Source: an uncultured Pseudomonadota bacterium
Lineage (GTDB): Bacteria > Myxococcota_A > Polyangia > Fen-1088
NCBI GenBank assembly: GCA_963847705.1
Contig: CAWKBC010000029.1
Location: forward strand, 1 to 64,000
DNA length: 64,000 nucleotides
Reading direction: 5' to 3'
The position numbers were made by a program, and so were the translations under genes. The notes below the pieces were generated by a model, which worked only from the letters and a program-made list of their open reading frames with translations, made no database searches and was not told where the DNA came from. Within the stretch, counting starts at the first letter, position 1; every line of letters begins with the position of its first letter. Positions 20,329-29,891 of this stretch are shown here, one piece after another.

Positions 20329-21891
20329 TTATTTCCGAAACATCCGCAGCATGCGCTGCGTCACGAGGAAGCCGCCCGCCACGTTGATCGAGGCGACCAG
20401 GATCGCGACACCGCCCAGCGCCAGCGCGCCGGAGCCGCCGCCGAACAGCGCCAGCATGCCGCCGATCAGGATGATGCCGCTGATGGCGTTGGTCACGCTC
20501 ATGAGCGGCGTGTGCAGCGCCGGCGTGACGCTCCAGACGAGGTGCCAGCCGACCACGCAGGCCAGCAGGAAGACCGTCAGGTGCTGGATCAAGGTGGGCG
20601 GACCGAAGATGGCCGCCGCGCCCAGCGCCAGCGCCGCCAGCGCGCCCAGCATCTTCCCGCCGCCGCCGCTCACGGGGGCCGGGGTCGGGTGCGCCGCCGA
20701 TCCGCCTTGGGGACCGAGGACCTTGTGCGCCCCGGTCGGGCCGCCCGCGCGCGGGGGTGGCGGCTTGGGCGGCGGCCACATCAGCTCGCCGTCCTTGAGC
20801 ACCAGGACTCCGCGCTGAACCTCGTCCTCCAGCTTGAGCGCGACCTTCCCCTCGGGCGCGACCTCCTTGAGCAGGTTGAACACCGTCGTCCCGTAAAGCT
20901 CGCTCGACTGGCGCGCCATCCGGCTCGGCAGGTCGGTGAGGCCGACGATGGTGACGCCGAACTTCTCGACCACCTTGTCGCGCTCGGTGAGCGCGCAGTT
21001 GCCGCCCTGTTCGGCCGCCATGTCCACCACGACCGACCCGTGCTCCATGGAGACGACCGCGCCCGAGGTGATGAGCTTGGGCGCCGGCTTGCCGGGGATC
21101 AGCGCGGTCGAGATGACGATGTCCGACTGCTTGGTGTGCTGCGCGATCATCGCCTGCTCGGCTGCGAGGTAAGCCTCGCTCATCTCCTTGGCGTAGCCGC
21201 CCACGCCCTCGCCCGCCTCGTCGAACTTGAACTCGACGAAGGTGGCGCCCAGGCTCTCGACCTGCTCGCGCACCGCGGGGCGCGTGTCGAAGGCGCGCAC
21301 CTGCGCGCCCAGCGCCCGCGCCGCCGCGATCGCCGCCAGCCCGGCGACGCCCGCGCCGACGATGAACACCTGCGCCGGCTTCACCCGCCCGGCCGCCGTC
21401 ACCTGACCGGGGAAGAAGCGGCCGAAGTGCGAGGCCGCCTCGATGACCGCGCGGTAGCCGGCGATGTTGGCCATCGCCGACAGCGCGTCCATCCGCTGCG
21501 CGCGGGTGATGCGGGGGACGGCGTCCATCGCCAGGACCGTCACCTTGCGCGCCGCCAGCCGCTCGAGCAGCTCCTTGTTCTGTGCTGGCCAGACGAAGCT
21601 GATCAGCGTCGCCCCTTCCTTCAGCAGATCGACCTCGTGCTTGCCGCCAGCGATCCCGATCGGCTGCCGCACCTTCAGCACCACGTCCGCCTCGGCGTAG
21701 AGCGCCTCCGCATTCGGCGCGACGGTGGCGCCCGCCTCGACGTAGGTGCTGTCCGCGAAGGCGGCGGCGTCGCCGGCGCCCGCCTCGACGACCACGTCGA
21801 AGCCGAGCTTGCGAATCTTGTGCACCGTCTCGGGAACGGCCGCCACGCGCGACTCGTGAGGATAGATCTCCTTCGGGATACCCACCTTCAT
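20329..21891 (-). CDS. pntA: NAD(P)+ transhydrogenase alpha subunit (single-chain type)
   Basis: [72 protein letters not shown]. Confidence 0.95.
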   Translation of the reverse strand: MKVGIPKEIYPHESRVAAVPETVHKIRKLGFDVVVEAGAGDAAAFADSTYVEAGATVAPNAEALYAEADVVLKVRQPIGIAGGKHEVDLLKEGATLISFVWPAQNKELLERLAARKVTVLAMDAVPRITRAQRMDALSAMANIAGYRAVIEAASHFGRFFPGQVTAAGRVKPAQVFIVGAGVAGLAAIAAARALGAQVRAFDTRPAVREQVESLGATFVEFKFDEAGEGVGGYAKEMSEAYLAAEQAMIAQHTKQSDIVISTALIPGKPAPKLITSGAVVSMEHGSVVVDMAAEQGGNCALTERDKVVEKFGVTIVGLTDLPSRMARQSSELYGTTVFNLLKEVAPEGKVALKLEDEVQRGVLVLKDGELMWPPPKPPPPRAGGPTGAHKVLGPQGGSAAHPTPAPVSGGGGKMLGALAALALGAAAIFGPPTLIQHLTVFLLACVVGWHLVWSVTPALHTPLMSVTNAISGIILIGGMLALFGGGSGALALGGVAILVASINVAGGFLVTQRMLRMFRK

Positions 21892-22031
21892 GGCCCGGCA
21901 GCGTACAACGCGGACGGTGCCCATTGCTACCTCGGACCGTCGAGAATCCGCTTCGTCCAGGGACTGCGGGCGGGTTCCAGCACGTCAAGCGCCGCTGACG
22001 TTCGAGGCCCCCGCCGCGCGAGCTCGCCCGC

Positions 22032-23903
22032 TCAGCGCGACGGGCGGCGGGCTTCGTGGAACCAGACGCGGACCTCCGCCATCTTGGCCTTCTGTTCGGG
22101 GGGCGCGTGGCGCGTGCAGGTGGCGGCCTCGGGTGTCCCTTCGGCGGCGCCCCAGCGGGTCTCGACGCAGTCGTTGGGGTTGTAGGCGATCTCCAGCGCG
22201 GCCCGGCGGGCCAGCAGGTCGGCGACGGTCAGCTTCTGCGGCGAGGCGTCGCTGCGCGTGTAGGTGATGCCGCGGGTCGGGATCAGGCTGGCGTGTAGCT
22301 TGGCGATCTCGCTGCGCACCACCTCGGGCTTCCGGCCGCCGAGCTTGAAGAGCTCGGGGTGCTTGACGATCCGGTCGGGGATCCCGAGCAGCACGTTCAT
22401 CGCGATGAGGAGCCGCATGTCGCGCGACGGCGTCGCGTAGTCCTCCCACGGGCCGGTGGCCTCGAAGATCTTGGCGCCGTCGGGCATCGGGATCACCACC
22501 GGCCCCTTTTCCTTCTGGAACTTCTCGCCGTTGTCGACCGAGCCGACCCGCACGGTCAGCTGCTCCGCCAGCGCGTCGAGCGTCTCGCGGTAGGCCGCCT
22601 CGGCCTCCAACCCCTGCGGGTTGATGAGCTTGCCCATGCGCGCGTAGAACGCGTCCTGGGTCAGCTTGGCCTGCTCGTCGGAGAACGGCGCGTGGGCCGG
22701 ATCCCCGGCGCCGCCGATCGCCTGGTTGGGAACGGAGGCCAGTTTTCCGTCGGCGCCGCGCGCCACGGGGCGAAAGGCCTTGAAGCCCGGCCCTGCGCTC
22801 TTGACGTCGTTGGCGAAGAGGAATGTCCCCTCCCAGAAGCGCTTGCGTCCGATCGAGGTGTCGGGCTGCCCATCCACCGCCAGAAGGAGACCGCCGCGCG
22901 CCGGGGTCTGCGCCACCCACTTCACCACCATCATCACGTGTCCGTAGGGATCGGCGTAGATCGTCCCCGGGCGCAGCGCCTTCCTCTCGAGCGCGACGGG
23001 ATAATAGTCGGTGGCGTCGTCGTCGAGCGCGGTGCGCGCGCTGCCCGACTGGACGTGGTTTCCCATGAGGCGCAGGAACACCCGCATGGCACCGAGAGTG
23101 TCTTTGCCCGAGGGGGGATCCTCGTTGCTGAAGAAGCCCGTGCAGCGGGGCGGACGCGCGTCGGTGCCGCGATCGCAGTCGCGAAAGCCGAACGGCAACC
23201 CCAGCTTCCAGGAGAAATAGGCGCGCAGGAAGTAGGGCAGGTCGGCGCAGTCGGGCGTGGCGACGATGGCCGCCTTGTTCTTGGGATCGTCCTCGCGGAG
23301 GCCGAGGAAGCTCATCAAGAAGTTGCGGGCCGGATCCCTCAGCGCCTGGTGCAACGGGCGGAAGTCGAGCGAGGCCTCCGGCGGCGCGTCGAACAGCACG
23401 TCGATCCAGGCGGAGAAGAAATTCTCGTAGCGGCGGTCCCAGGCGTGGGTCGCCGTCCAGACGACTTTGCCGACCCTGGTGTCCGGCTTGGGCGCGTGCG
23501 CGGCGACCTCGATGCTCCGGCAGGCGAGCGTCCGATCGCCGCGCGTCCAGCTCACCCGGTAGGCACCCGCGCGCGGCGCGGTCAGCTCGGCCGCCAGGCT
23601 GCCGGGGACGCCCGGGTGGCGCACCACCGTGAGCGCGTGCCGCTGGCCGGCCGGATCGGTCACGGACAGCTCACCACCGCCGTTCTCCTCGCCGACGGCG
23701 AGCAGCTTGATCGTCGCGCCGGCCGCCGGGGCGAGCGGCGACCACCAGAGCGCCGTCTCGTCGCTGTCGGTGCAGGCGGAAGCGCCGGGGGCCGCGGCGG
23801 TCGACCTGGCGGGCGTCGTCGCGTGTTTGGCCCGCGCCTGGGCCTCACCGCCGGCCCCGATCAGCAGGAGCGCCGCCAGCAGAGCGTCACGGCCCCCCCT
23901 CAT
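22032..23903 (-). CDS. Secreted hypothetical protein, possible papain-like/NlpC-P60 catalytic dyad
   Basis: Signal peptide; N-terminal Ig-like beta segment; DCADLPYFLRAYF and LRPGTIYADPYGHVMMV motifs. Confidence 0.7.
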   Translation of the reverse strand: MRGGRDALLAALLLIGAGGEAQARAKHATTPARSTAAAPGASACTDSDETALWWSPLAPAAGATIKLLAVGEENGGGELSVTDPAGQRHALTVVRHPGVPGSLAAELTAPRAGAYRVSWTRGDRTLACRSIEVAAHAPKPDTRVGKVVWTATHAWDRRYENFFSAWIDVLFDAPPEASLDFRPLHQALRDPARNFLMSFLGLREDDPKNKAAIVATPDCADLPYFLRAYFSWKLGLPFGFRDCDRGTDARPPRCTGFFSNEDPPSGKDTLGAMRVFLRLMGNHVQSGSARTALDDDATDYYPVALERKALRPGTIYADPYGHVMMVVKWVAQTPARGGLLLAVDGQPDTSIGRKRFWEGTFLFANDVKSAGPGFKAFRPVARGADGKLASVPNQAIGGAGDPAHAPFSDEQAKLTQDAFYARMGKLINPQGLEAEAAYRETLDALAEQLTVRVGSVDNGEKFQKEKGPVVIPMPDGAKIFEATGPWEDYATPSRDMRLLIAMNVLLGIPDRIVKHPELFKLGGRKPEVVRSEIAKLHASLIPTRGITYTRSDASPQKLTVADLLARRAALEIAYNPNDCVETRWGAAEGTPEAATCTRHAPPEQKAKMAEVRVWFHEARRPSR

Positions 23904-24526
23904 CGTTCGGCGTCCGCCACGGTGAACGTCAGGGTGTAGCCGTGCGTCCCCACGAAGCCCGCGAACAGCTCGCGCGCGTGGGTCGTCGCTCGCGCCAGCG
24001 CTCCGGCGGCCAGCGCCCCGTGCTCGAGCGCCGCGCGTGCCTCGGCGTACCAGCGGTTGCGATCGGCGGGCGCGATCTCGTTCAGGAACCCCGAGTCTTC
24101 GTTGATGGTCTCGAAGCGCAGCACGTCGACCGACAGGATCCGCGGCGGGGGCAGGACCATCCGCACCTCACGCTTGGCGTGGACGACGTCGATCGTCGCC
24201 ATGCCGTCGCAGACGTCGAACCCGGCCGACACGATCCCCGAATAGAACAGATACGCGGTCGGCTCCTTGGTGAACGGCAGATCGACGGTCTTGGGGACCG
24301 TCTTCTTGGCGTAGTCGGCCAAGGAGATCTCCGCCGTCGACAGCTTGCAGACCTTGCGCACCCCTTGCAGGATCTCCAGCTCCTCGCTGCGGATCTCGCG
24401 GCGCGTGCGCTGGGCGATCATGATGCCGGTCACCAGCGTCGCCGCGATCAAGGTGGTGCATCCGATCACCATCGCCCGGCGCGAGCCCGGCCGTGGAACC
24501 GCGAAACGTTTCAAGCCGTTGGTCAC
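23900..24526 (-). CDS. DUF4230 domain protein (start may be ATG 24472)
   Basis: N-terminal TM; KLSTAE, YSGIVSAGFD, LPPPRILSV, GALARA pattern; stop overlaps the next ATG. Confidence 0.75.
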   Translation of the reverse strand: MTNGLKRFAVPRPGSRRAMVIGCTTLIAATLVTGIMIAQRTRREIRSEELEILQGVRKVCKLSTAEISLADYAKKTVPKTVDLPFTKEPTAYLFYSGIVSAGFDVCDGMATIDVVHAKREVRMVLPPPRILSVDVLRFETINEDSGFLNEIAPADRNRWYAEARAALEHGALAAGALARATTHARELFAGFVGTHGYTLTFTVADAER

Positions 24527-24637
24527 GCCGGTCGGGCGCCGGCTGTCCGCGCCGGCGAGCGCCGCGACTCGATGCCTCGCGACTTCATGGCGCAAGAATA
24601 CGCTTCCGCGCCGCGCGCGCCAGCAGCCTGTTCGCGC

Positions 24638-24673
24638 CCGGGCCTTTTCAACCCGGCTCCGGGCTTTTTCAAC
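24638..24673. repeat. 15-bp direct repeat with 21-bp period in divergent promoter region
   Basis: CCGGGCCTTTTCAAC (24638-24652) and CCGGGCTTTTTCAAC (24659-24673). Confidence 0.7.
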
Positions 24674-24694
24674 TCGCGTCGGCTCGTGGTACGA

Positions 24695-27328
24695 ATGGAG
24701 GATGCGGGGTCGCGTACCGCGCCGGCGATGATGCGCTGGCGCGATCAGACCGGATCGACGCGCGCGGCCCCCGCCGGCGAAGGGACACGCGCGCGCGGCG
24801 GCAAGGGGAAGGACCGGCGGCCGGTGATCGGCGTGCTGTTCGATTCGGTGCGCGGCACCTACCAGACGACGCTGCTGGCCGGGCTGGCCGACGCCGCCAG
24901 CCGGCGGGAGGTGAGCCTGGCCATCTTCGCCGGCGGCGTGATCGGCGCGCCCGGCACCGAGGGGCTGCACCGCAACTTCGTGTTCGATCTGTGCGACGCC
25001 GACAGCATCGACGGCGCCGTCATCCTGGGCGGCGCGCTCGGCAACGCGCTCGGACCGTCGGCGGTCGACGCGCTCTGCGCGCGGCTGGCGCCGCTGCCGA
25101 TGGCCAGCCTGGCGCTCGGTCCCCCCAACGTCCCCTGCCTGACCCTCGACGAGGAGCCGGGGATGCGGCAGGCGCTCGAGCACCTGCTGATGCGCCACGC
25201 CTGCCGTCGGATCGCCTTTATCCGCGGCCCCTCGGTGAACGCCGAGGCCGAGCGGCGGTACGCCATCTACCGCGCGGTCCTCACCGAACGGGGTCTCCCC
25301 ATCGATCCAGCGCTCATCTGCGAGGGGACCTTCGAGAAGGGGTCCGGTGAGGCGGCCATCGAGCTTTTGGTCGACGAACGCCGGGTGCAGTTCGACGGCC
25401 TGGTCGCCTGCAACGACTACATGGCGCTGGGCGCGATGGGTGCGCTCGAGGAGCGTGGCCTGCAGGTCCCCTCCGATATCGCCGTGATCGGCTTCGATGA
25501 CATCGAGGAGGCGCGGTTCTCGACGCCGCCGCTCACCACCATCCGGCAGCCGCTGTACCAGCAGGGGGAGGCGGCGCTCGATCTGGTCCTGGCGCAGCTC
25601 GAGGGGCGCCAGGTGGAGCTGCGCGCGAGCGCCCCGACCGAGCTGGTCGTGCGGCAGTCGTGCGGCTGCCTCTCCGGCCTGGTCCGGCCCGGACGCGCCG
25701 GACCCGTCACCATGATCGAGACGCCGGTCGACAGTCTGCTGGCCGAGCACGGCGAAGATCTGCAGCGGGAGATCGCGCGGGCGGTGCACGGCTCCGACAC
25801 GGCGCTCCAGCCGGGATGGGATCGACAGCTGCTCGACGCCTTCGAGGCCGAGCTGCGGGGCGCCGGCGCCGGTCTCTTCGCCTCCACGCTCAATCGCCTC
25901 CTCACCACGGTCGTTGCTTCGGGCGACGACGTTTCGGCCTGGCAGCGGATGATCTCCGCGCTGCGCAAGCTCCTGCTCCCCGCACTCCCCAGCGAGCCGC
26001 TGCGCTGGGTGCAGGCCGAGGATCTCTGGCACGAGGCGCGCATCCTCATCGCCGATCTGGCCGAGCGCGCCCAGGCGCAGCACCGGCTGCACACCGAGCG
26101 GCTGGCCCACGCGCTCACCGTCAGCGGCGCGGCGCTGCTGGCGACGCAGCAGGTGGCGGCGCTGACCGACGCCGTCGGCAAGCAACTGCCCCGCCTGGGG
26201 ATCCCGGGCGCCTGGATGACGCTCACCGACCCGGCCTCCGCGTCGGCGAGCGCGACCGCCCAGATGGAGGTGGTCCTGGCGCACGACATCGAGCGCGCGC
26301 CCGGCGGCAGCGAGCCGGCCCCCGGAACCAAGCTGGCCGCCGCCGCGCTCTTGCCGGCGGTGATCGAGCCGCTCGGACGCCGGGCCTCGGTGATCGTCGA
26401 GCCGCTGTATTTTCACGATCGCACGCTCGGCTGCCTGGTGATGGAGATGGGGCCGCGCGAGGGGATCGTGTACGAGTCGCTGGCCGAGCAGGTCTCGAGC
26501 GCGCTCGAGGGGGCGCGCCTGGTCGGGCGGCTGGTCGAGGAGGCCACCCGCCGCCAGGTCGCGGAGCGCGAGCGGCTGGAGAAGGAGATGGAGATCGCCA
26601 CCCGCATCCAGACCTCGATCCTGCCGCGCGACGTGACCGTCCCCGGGCTGGAGATCGCCGCCACCATGCGGACCGCCACCGAGGTGGGCGGCGACTACTA
26701 CGACGTCATTCCGGTCGAAGGCGGCTGCTGGCTCGGCATCGGCGACGTGGCCGGGCACGGGCTCGGCACCGGCCTGGTCATGCTGATGATGCAGAGCGGG
26801 ATCGGCGCGCTTTGCCGCAAGCTGCCCGATGCCTCACCGCGCGAGCTCTTGCTGGCGCTGAACGCGATGCTGGTCGACAACGTGCGGATGCGGCTGGGCC
26901 AGCGCGAGCACGCGACCCTGACCCTGCTCCGCTACCGGCGGGACGGTCGCATCGCCTTCGCCGGCGCGCACGAGGAGATCCTCATCCTGCGCGCGGCCAC
27001 CGGACGCTGCGAGCGGCTCCCCACGCCGGGCCCCTGGGTCGGCGCCAAGCGCGACATCGAGGCGGGGACGGTGGAGAGCAACATCGAGCTTCTGCCCGGC
27101 GATCTGCTGGTGCTCTACACCGACGGCCTCATCGAGGCGATGGGGCGCGACGGCCGCGAGCGCTTCGGCACCGACCGCCTGGCCGCGCTCATCGAGGCGC
27201 ACGGCGCGTCGCCACCGGTTGCGGTGCGCGACGCGCTCCTGGCCGCCCTCGACGCCTTCGCCGAGAAGCTCGACGACGACGTCACGTTGCTGGTGGCGCG
27301 TTACTTGGGCGACGCGGCCGGCTTCTGA
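24695..27328 (+). CDS. LacI-type sugar-binding domain (no HTH) + helical/GAF-like region + SpoIIE (PP2C) phosphatase; start uncertain (24695 or 24728)
   Basis: RIAFIRGP, ACNDYMALG, VPSDIAVIGFDD..PPLTTIRQP; C-terminal EVGGDYYD, IGDVAGHG, LYTDGLIEA, DDVTL. Confidence 0.88.
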   Translation: MEDAGSRTAPAMMRWRDQTGSTRAAPAGEGTRARGGKGKDRRPVIGVLFDSVRGTYQTTLLAGLADAASRREVSLAIFAGGVIGAPGTEGLHRNFVFDLCDADSIDGAVILGGALGNALGPSAVDALCARLAPLPMASLALGPPNVPCLTLDEEPGMRQALEHLLMRHACRRIAFIRGPSVNAEAERRYAIYRAVLTERGLPIDPALICEGTFEKGSGEAAIELLVDERRVQFDGLVACNDYMALGAMGALEERGLQVPSDIAVIGFDDIEEARFSTPPLTTIRQPLYQQGEAALDLVLAQLEGRQVELRASAPTELVVRQSCGCLSGLVRPGRAGPVTMIETPVDSLLAEHGEDLQREIARAVHGSDTALQPGWDRQLLDAFEAELRGAGAGLFASTLNRLLTTVVASGDDVSAWQRMISALRKLLLPALPSEPLRWVQAEDLWHEARILIADLAERAQAQHRLHTERLAHALTVSGAALLATQQVAALTDAVGKQLPRLGIPGAWMTLTDPASASASATAQMEVVLAHDIERAPGGSEPAPGTKLAAAALLPAVIEPLGRRASVIVEPLYFHDRTLGCLVMEMGPREGIVYESLAEQVSSALEGARLVGRLVEEATRRQVAERERLEKEMEIATRIQTSILPRDVTVPGLEIAATMRTATEVGGDYYDVIPVEGGCWLGIGDVAGHGLGTGLVMLMMQSGIGALCRKLPDASPRELLLALNAMLVDNVRMRLGQREHATLTLLRYRRDGRIAFAGAHEEILILRAATGRCERLPTPGPWVGAKRDIEAGTVESNIELLPGDLLVLYTDGLIEAMGRDGRERFGTDRLAALIEAHGASPPVAVRDALLAALDAFAEKLDDDVTLLVARYLGDAAGF

Positions 27329-28167
27329 GAGGGCGGCGGCAAGGTCAGCTTCTGCGGGCCGCCCGGGCCGCCCATGTGCAGCTGCATCGGCATCCCCGGC
27401 TTGGGGGGGCCGCCGCCCGGACCGCCACCGGGCGTCGACATCCCCATGGGGGGCGTCTGGTTCGGCGGCGCGATGCTGACCAGCTCGACGTCGAAGATCA
27501 GCGTGGCGCCGCCCGGGATGGTCGGCGGACGGCCGCTGTCGCCGTAGGCGATGGCCGACGGGCAGGTGAGGACGGCCTTCTCGCCGACCTTCATCCGCCC
27601 GACACCCTCGGTCCAGCACTTGATGACGCCGTTGAGCGGAAACGTCGCCGGAACGCCGCCGCGCTTCTTGGTGCTGTCGAAGACGGTCCCATCGGTGAGC
27701 CGCCCTTCGTACTGCACGCTCACGCGATCGGTCGGCGTGGGGGTCGCGCCGGTCCCCGGCGTGACGGTGCGGAAGACCATCCCCGACGGCGTCACGACGG
27801 CGCCTGCCTCACGGCCCGCCTGCTCGAGGTAAGTCTTGGCGTGCGCCTTCTCGATCTCCACCCGCTCCTGCCCGCGCTTGCGGGCGAGGGCATCGACCTT
27901 GGGGCCGTACTTGTCGAGGTCGACCTGGTGCTCTTTCTTGAGGACCATGTCGGTGAGCCCCGACTTGACCAGCTCGAGCTCGTCGGCGGTCAGGTTGAAG
28001 GTCCCCAGGTTGCGGCCGAGCAACATCCCCAGCGTATAGAGCGTCTTGTCGTCCTCGCTCGACGGCGTCGCACCGCCGCCGCCCAGGCGCTTGCAACCAG
28101 ACATCGCCAACGATCCGACCACGGCCACGGCAATTGAGGCCGTTGCCAGACTTTTCCAGGTTTTCAT
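27301..28167 (-). CDS. fkpA: FKBP-type peptidyl-prolyl isomerase (FkpA/Mip-like lipoprotein)
   Basis: Lipobox MSGC; YEGRLTDGTVFDS, VIKCWTEGV, AYG..IPGGATLIFDVEL. Confidence 0.9.
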   Translation of the reverse strand: MKTWKSLATASIAVAVVGSLAMSGCKRLGGGGATPSSEDDKTLYTLGMLLGRNLGTFNLTADELELVKSGLTDMVLKKEHQVDLDKYGPKVDALARKRGQERVEIEKAHAKTYLEQAGREAGAVVTPSGMVFRTVTPGTGATPTPTDRVSVQYEGRLTDGTVFDSTKKRGGVPATFPLNGVIKCWTEGVGRMKVGEKAVLTCPSAIAYGDSGRPPTIPGGATLIFDVELVSIAPPNQTPPMGMSTPGGGPGGGPPKPGMPMQLHMGGPGGPQKLTLPPPSQKPAASPK

Positions 28168-28303
28168 TCGCCCCTCGTAGCACAGGAATGAGCCGGACAA
28201 CAGGGCCCCGACCTCGGGGGTGGGACCGCCCTCACAAGCCTCGCTGCGGGGGCGTCGGCGCCACCCCGTTGCGGGGGCAACGGCGCCGCGATAGGAACGG
28301 CGG

Positions 28304-28657
28304 ATGCCGCTCATTCAGGTCTTCACCTCCGCGCCGGCCCCGGCCGGCGACAGCCACAAGGCGCTGCTCGCCGATCTGTCGAAGCTCCTCGCCGCCCGCT
28401 TCGGGAAGCCCGAGCGCTGGGTGATGACCTGCCTTCAGCCCGGACTGGCGATGACCTTCGGAGGCGCGCCCACCCCTGCCGCTTTCGTGGCGGTCAAGAA
28501 CGTCGGCAAGATGACCGCCACCGACACCGAGACGCTGTCGGGCGAGCTCTGCGAACGTCTCGCGGCCGGCCTCCAGGTCGCGCGCGATCGCATCTACATC
28601 GAGTTCGCCGATGCCGTCGGCTATCTCTGGGGCTGGGACGGCGGGACCTTCGGCTGA
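28304..28657 (+). CDS. MIF/phenylpyruvate tautomerase family protein
   Basis: N-terminal Pro (MPLIQV), GKPERWVM, MTFGG..PAAFV, RIYIEF.D..WGWDGGTF. Confidence 0.88.
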   Translation: MPLIQVFTSAPAPAGDSHKALLADLSKLLAARFGKPERWVMTCLQPGLAMTFGGAPTPAAFVAVKNVGKMTATDTETLSGELCERLAAGLQVARDRIYIEFADAVGYLWGWDGGTFG

Positions 28658-28742
28658 GCCCACGACATGGTGCGGCGGCGCGCCGGATCTTCTCGCTGGG
28701 GCCTTGACGGATCGATCGCGTCCGGGTGACATGCTCGCCTCA

Positions 28743-28991
28743 ATGGCGGACAAGCAGGGCGACGACGCGTTCGATCCGCTCGAGACGATCCAGCCTCGAC
28801 TTTCGACCTTCGCCGAGAGGCGCACCATTGCGATCGTCGGCGGGCTGGCGATCCTGGTGGCGTTCGGCGTCCTCGTTCTCGCGCTCGGCACCGGCGCCGT
28901 CCCCGTCTCCGCGGCGGACGAGCTCGCCGCGACGGCGCACCGGCGCCCCGCCGTCGAGCGTGACGTCAAGCGTGCCGATGAGCGTCGCTGA
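28743..28991 (+). CDS. Small single-TM hypothetical protein
   Basis: One hydrophobic helix IAIVGGLAILVAFGVLVLALG; overlaps the next start. Confidence 0.5.
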   Translation: MADKQGDDAFDPLETIQPRLSTFAERRTIAIVGGLAILVAFGVLVLALGTGAVPVSAADELAATAHRRPAVERDVKRADERR

Positions 28992-29490
28992 AGAGATGAG
29001 CGCGGCGCCCTCCCCCGCCCCGCGACGCCCCCTCAAGCAGACCACCTCGGGCGGGCTCATCGCCTGGGTGCGCCGCAGGTTCGGGCGGGCCATGCCTCGG
29101 GCGCAGGTGATCGCGGCGCCCGAGTTGCGGCTCGGAGGTCAGCTCGACGTCTCCTGGCGGATCGACTACGGCAGCCTCGACGTCACCAATGTCTCGGTCA
29201 CGCTGGTGGCCACCGAGGTGGCGCGCCAGCGGATCAGCGCCCGCACGGGGATCTCGATCGTCACCGAGACCCGTCCCTTCGTCGAGCTGATGATCGACCG
29301 CAAGATGCCCGAGCCGTCGGCGCGCTTCGCCGACGGCCGGGGCTCGGTGCTCGTCCCGCCGTCGACCATCCCCAGCGTGGCGGGAACGCTGAACGAGATC
29401 TCCTGGGCCATCGTGATCGAGGCGGCCCACCAGGCCAAACCGATCTGGCGCGGCCAGTTCCCCGTCGTCGTCCTCCCGAGGCCGCGGTGA
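28978..29490 (+). CDS. Hypothetical beta-sandwich (arrestin/SpoOM-like) protein
   Basis: Alternating beta-strand pattern; PS..GTLNEISW.I.I motif; coupled to the next gene by GTGA. Confidence 0.6.
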   Translation: MSVAEEMSAAPSPAPRRPLKQTTSGGLIAWVRRRFGRAMPRAQVIAAPELRLGGQLDVSWRIDYGSLDVTNVSVTLVATEVARQRISARTGISIVTETRPFVELMIDRKMPEPSARFADGRGSVLVPPSTIPSVAGTLNEISWAIVIEAAHQAKPIWRGQFPVVVLPRPR

Positions 29491-29873
29491 GCGCCCCCCG
29501 CATCGCCCTCGAGCTGACGCTGGAGGAGGGACGCACCAGCTTCGAACCGGGCGCGCGCCTGACCGGCGTGGCCGCCTGGTCGGCGGCAGCCGCCCCCCGG
29601 GGGATGGAGCTCCGTCTCAGCTGGTCGATGCACGGCCGCGGCGGCCGCGACTTCCGGATCGCCGACACGCTCCCTCTCCCCGCCCCGGCGGCCACCGAAC
29701 GCCGCCCCTTCATCCTCACGCTCCCCGAGGCTCCTTACAGCTTCCGCGGCCGGCTGGTGACGCTGGTCTGGACGCTGGAGCTGGTGGCGCTCCCCGGCGA
29801 GGAGAAGGCCCAGGTCGACCTGATCGTCGCGCCCGGCCACAAGACCATCGACCTCCGCGCGACCGAGCAATAG
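29487..29873 (+). CDS. Hypothetical arrestin/SpoOM-like protein
   Basis: FEPGARLTG, ELRLSW..GRG, LPEAPYSFRGRLVTLVWTLEL. Confidence 0.7.
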   Translation: MSAPRIALELTLEEGRTSFEPGARLTGVAAWSAAAAPRGMELRLSWSMHGRGGRDFRIADTLPLPAPAATERRPFILTLPEAPYSFRGRLVTLVWTLELVALPGEEKAQVDLIVAPGHKTIDLRATEQ

Positions 29874-29891
29874 CGCCGCGCCGGCCGCGCG

